Source of the DNA: Sulfurospirillum sp.
GTDB taxonomy: Bacteria > Campylobacterota > Campylobacteria > Campylobacterales > Sulfurospirillaceae
Assembly: GCA_045047115.1 (NCBI GenBank)
Contig: JASFYR010000009.1
Coordinates: 1 to 64,000, forward strand
DNA length: 64,000 nt
Direction of reading: 5' to 3'
Below, piece after piece: positions 7,721-18,700 of the stretch. The translations under genes and the position numbers were made by a program. Numbering within the stretch: position 1 is the stretch's first letter; each line of letters starts with the position of its first letter. The notes beneath the pieces are model-generated. The model was not told the origin of the DNA and made no database searches. It was given only the letters and a program-made list of their open reading frames with translations.

Positions 7721-9679
7721 ATGCAAAGTATTTGTCGAAAAATTGTGTTATTGATTCTCTTCTCTTTATTGATGGGCACTTTATCGGTTGCGTCAGCCGA
7801 TACAATAAAGGACGAAATTGTGTTGGGAGGAGATCAGGTTGCGATTGAAAATGCGGTGGTGACAAAGAGGCCAGATATTATTTGTCAATGCAAAGATATT
7901 GATGTATCTTCGATCTCTATGGTTATGCTGGATGATACTGATATTACTGCGAATATCAAGCATACAAAAAATGGATTTGCCTACAAATCTGTTTTAATAT
8001 TGCCTGCTGGTGAACATACTCTTAGCATTTTTTATATAAAACAAGGTGAGGATGCTCAAAAAGACTATACTTTTATAACCAGGCAATCGAAAATGTTTGA
8101 AAGAGCACAGAGCGATGTAGGTATATCTGCCAATTATGAAAATATAGTAAAAAAATCAAAAAATCTTACAGGTGTAATATGGTCAAAAGCCCAAGCAGAT
8201 ATTGGGTTGAAAACTTCTCTTGGTGAGAAGAGATGGAATTATTCATTTGAGACAGATTTAAGATTTTTAGACCAGAGTTTGGCCGTACAACCTCCTGAAA
8301 TAAAAGGTATAAATTTAGCCAGTTATCTTTTTAGTGTTGATTTTAATGGTGACAATTTGCAGGCTGGGTTAAAACTTGGTGATGTTACAGCGGATGAGTC
8401 TGACTATAGCGTGCAAGGACTTGCAAGTAGGGGCGTTGCATTCAGTGCGATATACCAAAAATATGAATTGCATACTTTTTTGATGGATGGTGTGCAAAAT
8501 TATGGATGGCATGGTGGCATGGGACTTAGTGCGAGAGATAGTGATCACATATATGGAGTGTCTCTGCAGAGAACATTTTTAGAAGATACTAAGTTGAAAG
8601 TCATATATGCAAAAGGAGGTAGAGTTGGGGATGGATTTGGCACATCTTCGGAAGATTCAAGCAGTGTAGCAAGAAAAGGTGATGTTTTAGGGTTTTTATT
8701 TAATACATCTCTTATTCAAGAGAAGCTAAATCTCACAAGTGAGATTGATTTTTCCAAATTTGACCAAGACAGCAGTGATGGATTTGGGTATGAAAGAGAT
8801 AAGGCTTATAATGTAAAATTTGACGGTTCGCTAAACGAAAAGTATTCGTATAATTTGATGTATGAGTATTTGGGGCCAAAATACAACAGTATTGCTGCAG
8901 ATGGACTTGAAAAAGACAAGAGTGGCTTTTCTGGTGAACTGGATGCAAATTTCAATGACATACATGCTTTAACTTTTGGTTTTTCAAGATATAATGATAA
9001 TGTTAAAAATGACAGTACATATGCCAGAGTTTACACTACTGAGGAATCATTGAATTATACCTATTTAAAATTTGAAAATATTCCTATGAGTGCCGGATGG
9101 AATCACTCTGTGCAAAAAAGCGAACATGAGCCAAGTAGCAGTGATATAGTCGAAACGCTTACAGATACGATAAATACACAAATAGGCTACAATGTAAACA
9201 ATTGGAATTATGGACTTAGCGTGGAGTACACCAAGACAAATGACAAAAGTACGGCCGATGCTGATACAACAAGTAAGACGGTATCGTTTACTCCCGCATA
9301 CTCTATAGAAACATTCCATTTGGAAGCAAGTTTTACATTTAATCGCTCAACCAGCAAGCAAGATGTGGATACGGATACTTTTACTGTTTCTTTGGGATTG
9401 GGAGGAACTTTTTTTAGTGAAAGGGTGGGATATGATTTTTCATCGAGTTACGAAAAGAACAGACCAGATGTTGGTGACGATACATATACTTTGAGTATAA
9501 ACGGACAGATAGCATATAATTTTGTTGCACCAAAGAGATGGATGGATCATCCGATAGTGGGTATAAAGGGAGTTTATAACAATGGAAATGCCGATAGTAC
9601 AACCTCGACAGAAAATACAACAGGTGAGAGTTATAGCGTGAGTCTTTTTGTATCTATACCTCTTAATTACTCATTTTAA
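7721..9679 (+). CDS. large outer-membrane beta-barrel protein with N-terminal Ig-like domain
   Basis: Signal peptide; long run of amphipathic beta strands; C-terminal IPLNYSF (BAM-type terminal Phe). Confidence 0.7.
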   Translation: MQSICRKIVLLILFSLLMGTLSVASADTIKDEIVLGGDQVAIENAVVTKRPDIICQCKDIDVSSISMVMLDDTDITANIKHTKNGFAYKSVLILPAGEHTLSIFYIKQGEDAQKDYTFITRQSKMFERAQSDVGISANYENIVKKSKNLTGVIWSKAQADIGLKTSLGEKRWNYSFETDLRFLDQSLAVQPPEIKGINLASYLFSVDFNGDNLQAGLKLGDVTADESDYSVQGLASRGVAFSAIYQKYELHTFLMDGVQNYGWHGGMGLSARDSDHIYGVSLQRTFLEDTKLKVIYAKGGRVGDGFGTSSEDSSSVARKGDVLGFLFNTSLIQEKLNLTSEIDFSKFDQDSSDGFGYERDKAYNVKFDGSLNEKYSYNLMYEYLGPKYNSIAADGLEKDKSGFSGELDANFNDIHALTFGFSRYNDNVKNDSTYARVYTTEESLNYTYLKFENIPMSAGWNHSVQKSEHEPSSSDIVETLTDTINTQIGYNVNNWNYGLSVEYTKTNDKSTADADTTSKTVSFTPAYSIETFHLEASFTFNRSTSKQDVDTDTFTVSLGLGGTFFSERVGYDFSSSYEKNRPDVGDDTYTLSINGQIAYNFVAPKRWMDHPIVGIKGVYNNGNADSTTSTENTTGESYSVSLFVSIPLNYSF

Positions 9680-9691
9680 AAGGAGAATGAA

Positions 9692-10765
9692 ATGAAAACA
9701 ATCAAATTAATATCGATTTTTATAATAGCACTATTTCCAGCGTTGTTGGTAGCTTCTGCAACAGCATCAAAGCCATCTGTAAAGGTTGTTAGAAACACAC
9801 CATACTCTTTTTTTGAGAGATATCATCTAAGTGATGACACAACAATAGATGTGTGCGATAAGGCCACTTCTGTGCAAGGTGAATTTCAAACTGTTAGTGG
9901 GGTAACACTGGGTACCGTAGCTAAGAGTCTAATAGCAACTTTGAGTGGACCCGGACCACATGTTGGAGGTGTAAATGAATCCGTAAGAGTTCCATACAGC
10001 GTGATGAAAAAAGCACAACAATTAGGTTTAAGTGCTTTTCTCTATAACAGGAGTTTCTCTTTTACCGGGCCATCTTGTAACACAAATAATGCTCCGATTA
10101 GTATAAATATAAAGATGACAGGTGCAAGTTCTGTTGCTCTGCATGTGAGTAGAATACAGTTGTACTTTATAAATAAAAGGGCGGATATAACTGTGGATAA
10201 AAATCAAAATCTTCCACTTAGCGTTGATTTGAAAATTTATGGAAAAGGCTTGTTGAAAGGTTATTGGGAAGTTGATGGTAGAATCTTGTCCGGAGTTTAC
10301 AAGCAGATAAATTTTGGAAAAAGTATCACGCTAAAAGTCCCAAAAGTGCCGGGATTACCGACTTATGAAACAGGAACTCATAGAGTCCGTTTTGTGGTAA
10401 CTTCTCCGGAACCAAGCATATCATTGCCTCAGGCCATATACTTTGTAAAAGAACAGCCCTCCATCGTTTCTTCAACCATAAATTTAATATCTCCAAAAAA
10501 TGGTGATATATTAAATGGAGATGTGTGGGAGTTTACCTGGAAGCCGATACTTAAAACAGATACATATTTGATAGAATTTTATAAAAAAGGCGGAGATAAA
10601 CCAATGTTTTCTGCTCTAAGTAAATCTCCTGCATATACAGTACCGGGTTATATAATGAAAAAGATTTTCAACATGAGTGGAATATATAGTTGGAAAGTGA
10701 CCGGATACAACTCTCTTTCAAATCAAATAGGAAACAGCGAGACAAGAGACTTTCTGGTAAATTGA
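9692..10765 (+). CDS. exported Ig/FN3-like beta-sandwich protein
   Basis: Signal peptide; C-terminal INLISPKNG...FTWKP...YLIEFY...YSWKVTG module. Confidence 0.6.
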   Translation: MKTIKLISIFIIALFPALLVASATASKPSVKVVRNTPYSFFERYHLSDDTTIDVCDKATSVQGEFQTVSGVTLGTVAKSLIATLSGPGPHVGGVNESVRVPYSVMKKAQQLGLSAFLYNRSFSFTGPSCNTNNAPISINIKMTGASSVALHVSRIQLYFINKRADITVDKNQNLPLSVDLKIYGKGLLKGYWEVDGRILSGVYKQINFGKSITLKVPKVPGLPTYETGTHRVRFVVTSPEPSISLPQAIYFVKEQPSIVSSTINLISPKNGDILNGDVWEFTWKPILKTDTYLIEFYKKGGDKPMFSALSKSPAYTVPGYIMKKIFNMSGIYSWKVTGYNSLSNQIGNSETRDFLVN

Positions 10766-10768
10766 TTC

Positions 10769-10802
10769 AAAATATCCTTGTATTTTAACACAGGGATATT
10801 TT
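10769..10802. terminator. bidirectional terminator hairpin
   Basis: AAAATATCCTTGT...ACAGGGATATTTT between convergent genes. Confidence 0.7.
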
Positions 10803-12790
10803 TATTTTATCTCTATTGTGCTACTTTTGGATGCAGCTCCCTGGACACCATTTTCTGCTCTGTAAATAACCCTGTATAATAATTTTGCATTGCTATTGAT
10901 TTTCAAATCAGCTATAGTGGCCGTATCAGAGATATTTGCAACATATCTCCATCTGTTGTTTTGTTTTTTCTCTATTATGGCTACCATCCTTTTTGGAACA
11001 GAGGCTATCTTTATCAGTACATGTGGCACAGGTTGGCTTTTGTATGACAAGATTGGTTTTAGGGGTGTTGGGATTGATGGATTTTGGGCTACAACTGTGC
11101 GTGATTGACTAAAGCTACTTCTATTTCCACTCTTATCAACTGCCACCAACCTATACCAGTATCTTTGTCCATATTTTACAAATTTATCTACTATTTGGTG
11201 TTTGGATGCGGGTATCTTATCTCCTATGACAAGGCCTGCATCATCGGGCGATACACTTCTGATGAGTAGAAAATAGTTAATATCCCCATATGGAGGAGCA
11301 GCTTTGAAGCTTATCTTAACCTGCCCGTTATTTGGATCAATATTTGTGATATATGGAGGGTTTGGAGATATAGAATCTTTTAGCTCTACATGTATAGGTT
11401 TGCTTGGCTTGCTCTGTTTCGTATCGTTTCCGATTGTGACTATACGATAATCAAATGATCCATAAGTTGATGCACTGTATGAGTCCTCATAAAATTCATC
11501 CGGAACAACATAATTATTTAGTTGAGACCATTTTTTGGTTCCCTTTGGGCGACGAAAAACAAGATAGCCTGCTACATCTATTTTTGGTTTTTTCCATTTT
11601 AGTTTTATCTCACTTACTCCCACATCGGCTTTTAGATCTGTTATAACAGGCGGTTTGCTCTTGGAAGTAGGCACTGCCATCCTTGCATGTGAAGGTGAGC
11701 CGACTTTTCCTCTGACATTTATAGCTCTTAGCCTATAGTAGTACGCAGTTCCGCCTTTTAGATTTTTATCGGTATATTTTGTTTTGCTTTGCTTTAGTCC
11801 TTTTGGTGTTACAGCAATATAAGGACCTTTGCTTAGATATGATCTCTCAAGAAGATATCCGGCACAATAAGGACTTTGATTTTCACTCCACTCAAGCTTT
11901 ACACTCTCTTTTTCACCTTTTATTGTAATTTTATCAGGAGGCATCAATGCACTTAAATCTTCAACAAAAACTTTGATGCTCTTAGGTTTTCCCCTGTTGG
12001 CAAAAAATCCTACACTAAAAACTTTATATATCACATTTTTTTCCAAAGGGGCGTTTATATCAGTTATGATTGCTACTTTGTTTTTAAATACATTATCTGC
12101 TACGACAAGAGTTTTGTCTTTTAAACTCTCAAGGGAGCCATCGGGGTCTATTCTCTCTATACTATATCCGACTACAGGATTTTTTTTGTCAAGTTTTGGT
12201 TTTTTCCAAAGAAGTGAAACGCCATCCAATACTACAGTTGCTTTTACATTTGTCACGCTAGGAGGAAGGGGTGATTTTTTATAGGGGTTTACAGTTTTAC
12301 TTTTGCTCCAAGCTATGATTTTACCGTTTTTATCTAAGGTGCTTAGTTTATAAATCCTACTGCCTTTTGTTTTAGAGTTATCATCATATCTTAAACCCAA
12401 AGCTTTTCCGTAGTTTCTATTGGTTGCTGCATATGAACCAAAGACAAATTTGGCCAAATTTGCTCGATTTCCTTTCATTGCCCCTGATTTAATCTGCACA
12501 GCAAATTTTTCTATCTGTTTTATGTCTTTTGTGGATAGTTTAGACAAGGCATTTTTGTCTTTTGCAGGGAAAATATTATCGGCTAGAAGTGTTGTTTTCC
12601 CATTTTGTATTTTCTCTAGTCTCCATCCGCCTCTTGACCAGGTTTTGTTCGGAAGCCAAAATAACTTGATATATCCTTTGCCGTCACTATATGACCAGAT
12701 ATAAGGTTTGCTTAAATTTACTTTACCTAAAAGTTGTGTACCCAATAAAAGCCCAACACTTAAAATAAACAGTATCTTTTTCATTTTCAC
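10802..12790 (-). CDS. exported multi-fibronectin type III domain protein
   Basis: Signal peptide; about five FN3 repeats (VSLLWKKP..GYSIER, VKLEWS..GYLLER..YYYRLRAIN, IKLKWKKP..GYLVFR, YWYRLVAVD). Confidence 0.8.
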   Translation of the reverse strand: MKMKKILFILSVGLLLGTQLLGKVNLSKPYIWSYSDGKGYIKLFWLPNKTWSRGGWRLEKIQNGKTTLLADNIFPAKDKNALSKLSTKDIKQIEKFAVQIKSGAMKGNRANLAKFVFGSYAATNRNYGKALGLRYDDNSKTKGSRIYKLSTLDKNGKIIAWSKSKTVNPYKKSPLPPSVTNVKATVVLDGVSLLWKKPKLDKKNPVVGYSIERIDPDGSLESLKDKTLVVADNVFKNKVAIITDINAPLEKNVIYKVFSVGFFANRGKPKSIKVFVEDLSALMPPDKITIKGEKESVKLEWSENQSPYCAGYLLERSYLSKGPYIAVTPKGLKQSKTKYTDKNLKGGTAYYYRLRAINVRGKVGSPSHARMAVPTSKSKPPVITDLKADVGVSEIKLKWKKPKIDVAGYLVFRRPKGTKKWSQLNNYVVPDEFYEDSYSASTYGSFDYRIVTIGNDTKQSKPSKPIHVELKDSISPNPPYITNIDPNNGQVKISFKAAPPYGDINYFLLIRSVSPDDAGLVIGDKIPASKHQIVDKFVKYGQRYWYRLVAVDKSGNRSSFSQSRTVVAQNPSIPTPLKPILSYKSQPVPHVLIKIASVPKRMVAIIEKKQNNRWRYVANISDTATIADLKINSNAKLLYRVIYRAENGVQGAASKSSTIEIK

Positions 12791-12796
12791 TTCCTT

Positions 12797-15700
12797 TTAT
12801 AGACTAAATGAGCCACATACACCACCAAGTGGCCATGGTAAATCAACACATGCATGAGCAGAAACTTTTAAAGGTAGAGCTTCGGCTTTTACCCCTGCTG
12901 ATATCGAAGGACCTACGCATACTTCACAACAGCATATCTTGGCTTCAAATGCACCCTCTGCATATCCCATGATGTGTGGTGGAACTCTTATCTCAAGCCC
13001 CATATCAAGATTGCCCGATATATGACCTATGCCCGCATTTAGATAAAAAGACATACCTCCGCCGACAGCTAGAGCATGAGGATCAAGCATAAAATAACCA
13101 TTTGTATCTAGTATAACGATAAATACATGTATCCTGGGACCCTCTTTTTTGCCTGCATATATGTGCCAATCTCCGTGTCCAAAGTGCATGGTCATGGCAT
13201 CGTGTGGTATGACAAATTTAACCATACCTCCAAGATAATCCAATTTACCCTCAAGTGCTCCGTCAAAATTTCCTCCACCATATTGTATGTAGCCTTGGAA
13301 GTTTCCATCTCCTGAATGATTTGTACTTAAAAGCCAAGCTCTAAAGTCCATCCTTGCAGCTTCTCCTATCTTGATAGTCAAATCCCCATCTGTGGTGACA
13401 GTAAATTTATCCGAGCTTCCTATTCTGATTCCTGCCATAAACATATATGAGCCATCGATATCAGGATATACACTATTTATAGTGCCGGCATGTTTAAAAG
13501 CATCTACTGGAAAATTATGTCCTAAGCCACCCCTTATCTTGTAAAGATTCATAAGAGGAGGGATAAAAGGCACACCACTTTGTCCTAAACCTACAGTTGC
13601 TCTTATCAGCCAATAATCAGCTCCACCCTCGTATCCAAGTCTAAATTCTGCTTTGATGGGAGGTCCTCCATACATGGCTAAATCTACGCTTCCTTTGTAT
13701 TGATCATTTTTAGTGCTTCCTTCACCGGTGCTTGCATAAGCCGGAGTTGCAAGTGAAAAGTTGGATATGGCATCTGCCAAGTGCTCAAAGTTATTTTGCG
13801 AAATTGATGCAGTTTTGCTTTGACCGGCATCTTTTTTATAATCACATGTGACTTTTGCCTCAGCATTTGGATTACCCGCAGGAAATGCTACGGGAACATC
13901 AAATTTTGGAACTTGTGGACCAAGTGCAGAGTAAGTGTCTCCAACGATATTTAGTTTGTAACATACCGGAACGGAAACTGTTGGTAAAACTTTTGATATT
14001 GAAAAATTTGTTTTGATTGTAAAGTCAATGAGACTTTTGCCGTTTTTGGGATGAAGTTTTAAATCCGCTGCAATCAAATCAACTGTCGTTTTGCCAAAAG
14101 ATGCTTTTCCTCCAAGCGGAATCGTAGTGCTTGTTTTATCTTTAAGGAGATGAGCTCTTCCATCCATGCCAAAAATCAAGCCGTTTAACACTGCCTTGTC
14201 CGTTACGAGTGAGCTTTTGGTAGAGAAAGTAAAGGCAGTATCGCTCCAAACTCCCCATCCCACTCCTTCAAAACTTCCAAATATCAGATTATCAGCTGTA
14301 AATTTGAGGGTTTTATATGATTTGCTGATAGCCGGAGATTTTAACCCTTTGAAATTTGCTGAAGCCTCAACTCCCGGCTGACCGTCTATAAGTTGGGCAT
14401 CTCCTTTTAAGTGAGTGTCTAGCCAAGGAACTTTTACATCCATATTTTTATATATTGCTTTAAAGTTTCCGCCTTTTGTATCTATATCTATTTTGTCAAA
14501 TGAAATTTTGCCTTTTTTAAAATTTGTTGAAAAATGCCCAAGCGTTGTTTTTCCGCAAAGTCCTGTTTTGCTACCGGTTTGAGCTATGCCCCAGTCTGAG
14601 ATTTGTTTGGTATATCCATTTTGCACAAGGTCAAATGTATTTGGTGTGAGAGTGGCATTGCCTAGATGTATGCCTGTCCATTTCACACCGTTTTTTCCTT
14701 GTTCGCTACATTGTGAACCAACGCCTTTTCCATTTTTTGTATCCAAATCCAAAAGCATACTGTTGGATTTTATCCTAAATCCACTCCATCCTATAGAAAA
14801 TTCTCTCTGCTTTGTATCTTTATAGAGCCAATCACCCTCATCACTCAGTTTTGATGTGATATCTTTCCACTCAAGTGCTTTTGAAGAGCCCGGAATTCTT
14901 AGTGTGTTTTCTTGGGCGGACATATCTAATTTCAGCTCCATATCACTTTTGTTTGCCTGGCAATGTAGTTTTTTGAGTGATATCTTCATCCCGTTTTCTG
15001 TAATTTGATGAGAGAAATCCGTATCTAGAACTCCTTTTATCACATCCATACCATCAACTTTCCAATGGTCTATGTTAACAGGCAGAAGAATCTCGCTTTT
15101 ATCGCCGGCATTTAGGCTTATATCTATATCTCCTGTTCCGCTATATACTCCTTTGCTTACCTCTGTGACACTTTTTGATATATTTTTTACTGTAAATTTA
15201 TCTCCTGATTTTGTTGTGATAACAAATTTGCAAGGCTTTCCTTGTGCGTGAGGTGTGACTTTAAAATCATAAGAGCTTGATTTGACATAGTATGGTTTTT
15301 TCTTTGGAACATTTTTATATGATGGTGTGATACCTGTTGCATGTGATATAGCTTGATTTACATTTGCAACCATAGGCATACCTTTTGCCAAATGTTTTGA
15401 AGGTGAGAGAACTCCAAACTTTGCACCGCTTTTTTGTATCTGTGTAAGATATGGATTATTGATAGTATTTGAATTGAAAGCAACTCTGAGCATTTGTGGT
15501 GTTATAGTATTTGAAGCAATTTTTTGAACATGCGGTATGGCATCTGCTATCTCATTTAGCATCTCTTTTTGCGAGAGAGTTGAGGCAGTAAATGGGTCAA
15601 CCGTAGCATCTACATATAGTCTGTATTTTTTATTGATTTTGAATTTATCCAACTCTAAAACTTTTGAATCTACAGGAAAATAACTAAATGAATCAGACGA

Positions 15701-18700
15701 AGGAGTGTTGAAATTATCTTGTGTCAGATTTTTTCTCTGTTTGGATGGTCCGAGGGGTTTAGAGTATGTTCCAAGTAAAAGTTTACTATCATCCGAGCCA
15801 TAAAGAGTCCATTTGAATTGTACATTTCCTTTTCCATAGTACCTTAGTTTTGCATTTGCCTGAAGAGAGTCACAGTTTGTAAATTCGGCAGTCTCTTTAT
15901 ATTTCACCCTATTTTTGCTTATATTTTTTATGTTGCTGGTGCTTGTTGATTTTTTTGTTGATTTATTACTTAATTTATAGCCGTTTTTTACGCTACTTAT
16001 GAGCTTATTTGAGCCGGACTCTGTTGTTTTGGAACTGCTCTCTCCTCCATTTGTCTCTGCTATTGCGATACTCTCAAGATGAAGTGGTCCAGATGCTACC
16101 AGATCAGCTCGCGGATCTATAACTATCTTATGGCAATAGAGCATATAAGCATGTTTTGATATTTTAACCATATCCATATTTGGAGTCGGAAGATTACCGC
16201 CTAGTTGAAGCGTTTGATAGTATGGATCATTTTGGGATGTGCCAATTGTCTTAAAATTTGTGTTAAGTGATGCACTTTTTGTACCTGCATAGTAGTTATA
16301 TGCTGCAACTATTTGAGATGGATTGTTGTGCTGAATATCATCTTCGGGAAGCATAAAAACACGGATTTTTCTAGCACCCTGACTCAAGTAACGGTGAGTC
16401 ATAGAGTTGATTTCATACTCTTTATCAGCTTTTTTTAGATTTAACGGCTCTACTACACCGTCACCCCAGCTGATAAAGATGTTGCGAGGTCCTATCCAGA
16501 CTGCATTTGAATTGTACTCTCTGTATGCCCAAGGCGATTTTTTCAAATCAAACGAACCGGAGAGTTCTATATGATCTCCTGTATAATTCACAGTTGCCGT
16601 GACTCCAGGTTCCTTGCCTTTTCCTAGATCTAAGTTTTGGATATTTATATTTGATGTTTTATGGTCTGCCTTGCAAGTTAAACCTGTTGTGAAGTCATTG
16701 ATAGATAGAGGCCAACTATCTGATTGTTCAACCACAAAGGTGACCAATTCCATCTTTGGTGTTTTTTCTATACTTTGCTTTTGTTCTTTTTTGGCAGTCC
16801 CGTTTTTCTTGTAAGCTCTTGTGCCTATAACTTTCCAAAACAGTTTGATTTCGTTTCGGTGAGTGTTCATGTATTGATCACGGGGAGAAACATTAAAGTT
16901 ATTTGCCATATTGATATCGACGCCATTAGCTGGATAACCCACGCCACTGTTGATGTTTTTGTTTGAATGAGGATTATTGGCAGGATTTATCATTTTGGTT
17001 TTTGTTATTTTTTCGATTTTTGCACTTGAAGTTTTTTGCAATTTTTTGAAGTTTGCAATTTTATCATTGCCTTTTATCGCAAAACTGTGAGTCGGTCTTT
17101 GCATTAACTCTAAAATTTTATATACAAAGTTTGAATCTGCATGAAAAGCTTTTGTTTTTCCTAGATTTTTAGCTAAAAGTATATCACCGTTTCTGTTTAT
17201 AACCTGCAATTGAAAGTTTTCGGCAAGACCCGGATTTTCTTCTCTAAATGTAAAAACTGTCTTGTCATTGAGCTTTGGTATTCCTTTATCTTGATATACA
17301 TCTCCACCGCATCCAAATGAGCCAAATTCCGGTTTTTCGAGCAGAATTTTGCCCATAGGAAATTTAATATCCGGTGTGATTGGCTTGATTTTAAATTTTG
17401 GCATAACTTTTTTAAAAGTGACGCTTTTTTCAATCCAGCCATATAATTTAGTTTTGATAAATTTACCTACTATACTGTTTTTTATATTATATAGCAGGTA
17501 TGTTTTTCCGGTTTTGGCTTTTGTTGATACTTTTATTTTGAGTTTTATCTCTTTTTTGTTTAAAAAAATTTGGGATAAAATGGAAATATCTTTTGAAAAT
17601 CTAAAATCTAATTTTTTATTTAATTTTTTACCTTTTATAATAATATTGTATTTTTTGCCTTGTTTCCAATGACTTGGAAAGATTGAACTGAAAATGATTT
17701 GCTCTTTGTTAGAAGTTGAGACAATTGGTCTAGTTGTCACATGTACAGGTTTTATCGGTAGTAATTTTGATTTACAGTTTTTTACTTCAAATTTAAATAG
17801 TTTTTTATTGTTGTTATCATAGGTATCATGCTCCTTGATACCGTCTCTAGCTGTACAGTTTGCATTGAAGAGTAGCTTGTATCTTCCTGCTTTCCATTTT
17901 TTAGCAGAGTTTTGAGGCCATTTTAGTATGAAGGTTTTTCCTGATTTTATAGGTGGTATTTTTGCATAGCCGATTAGATAAGCAGGGCAAGAGGAAGAGA
18001 AATCTGCCGTTGTAAAACTCGTTGTTGAGCCAACTTTTGTGCATTTGACACACATGGTGCTTTTTGGAGCATCGTGATTTCCTAAATTTGCTATTTTTAC
18101 TTTTATTTTTGGGTTTTGGTTTAATCTTTTATTTGCACAAATTTTTTTAGAAAGTTTTATGTCTCCTATCGCAAAATCTATATATTCGTTTGATTTAACT
18201 TTTATAGTAAACTGCTTTTTGTTGTTGCGTGTATTTGACTCTTTCGTTTGGTTTTGATTATTTGTGAAAGTATGGGTTGGTTTTAGTTTTACGCTTGCAG
18301 TTATGTAAAACAGTCCCTCGCTCCATCTCTCTTTTGAGTTTTTGCCCCAGTATATCTTAAGAGTCCTGCCACATTTTATCGGATTTAGCATTATGTAACT
18401 ATTTAAGATTTTAGGACAAGTACCCTGTCTTGCTCTACATGTGAGTTTTAGTATCGATTTTGGGGCTTTAGCTTTTCCAATATTTGTGATGTTTAGAGAT
18501 ATTTCTCTGTTTTTACCTATCTTGCTTTTAGGCTTGATATTTGGTTTGATGCTTACCGATCTTATTGCTAAATCCGGCAGTTTGTTAGTTCTGAATTTTA
18601 TATTTTTATTTAGATGAAAACTGTTTTTATTTAGACTTATGCCACCAGTGCCACTCTTGTGCGTTAAGTCTAAAGCGTATGAAGAAAAAATACCAAGGCA

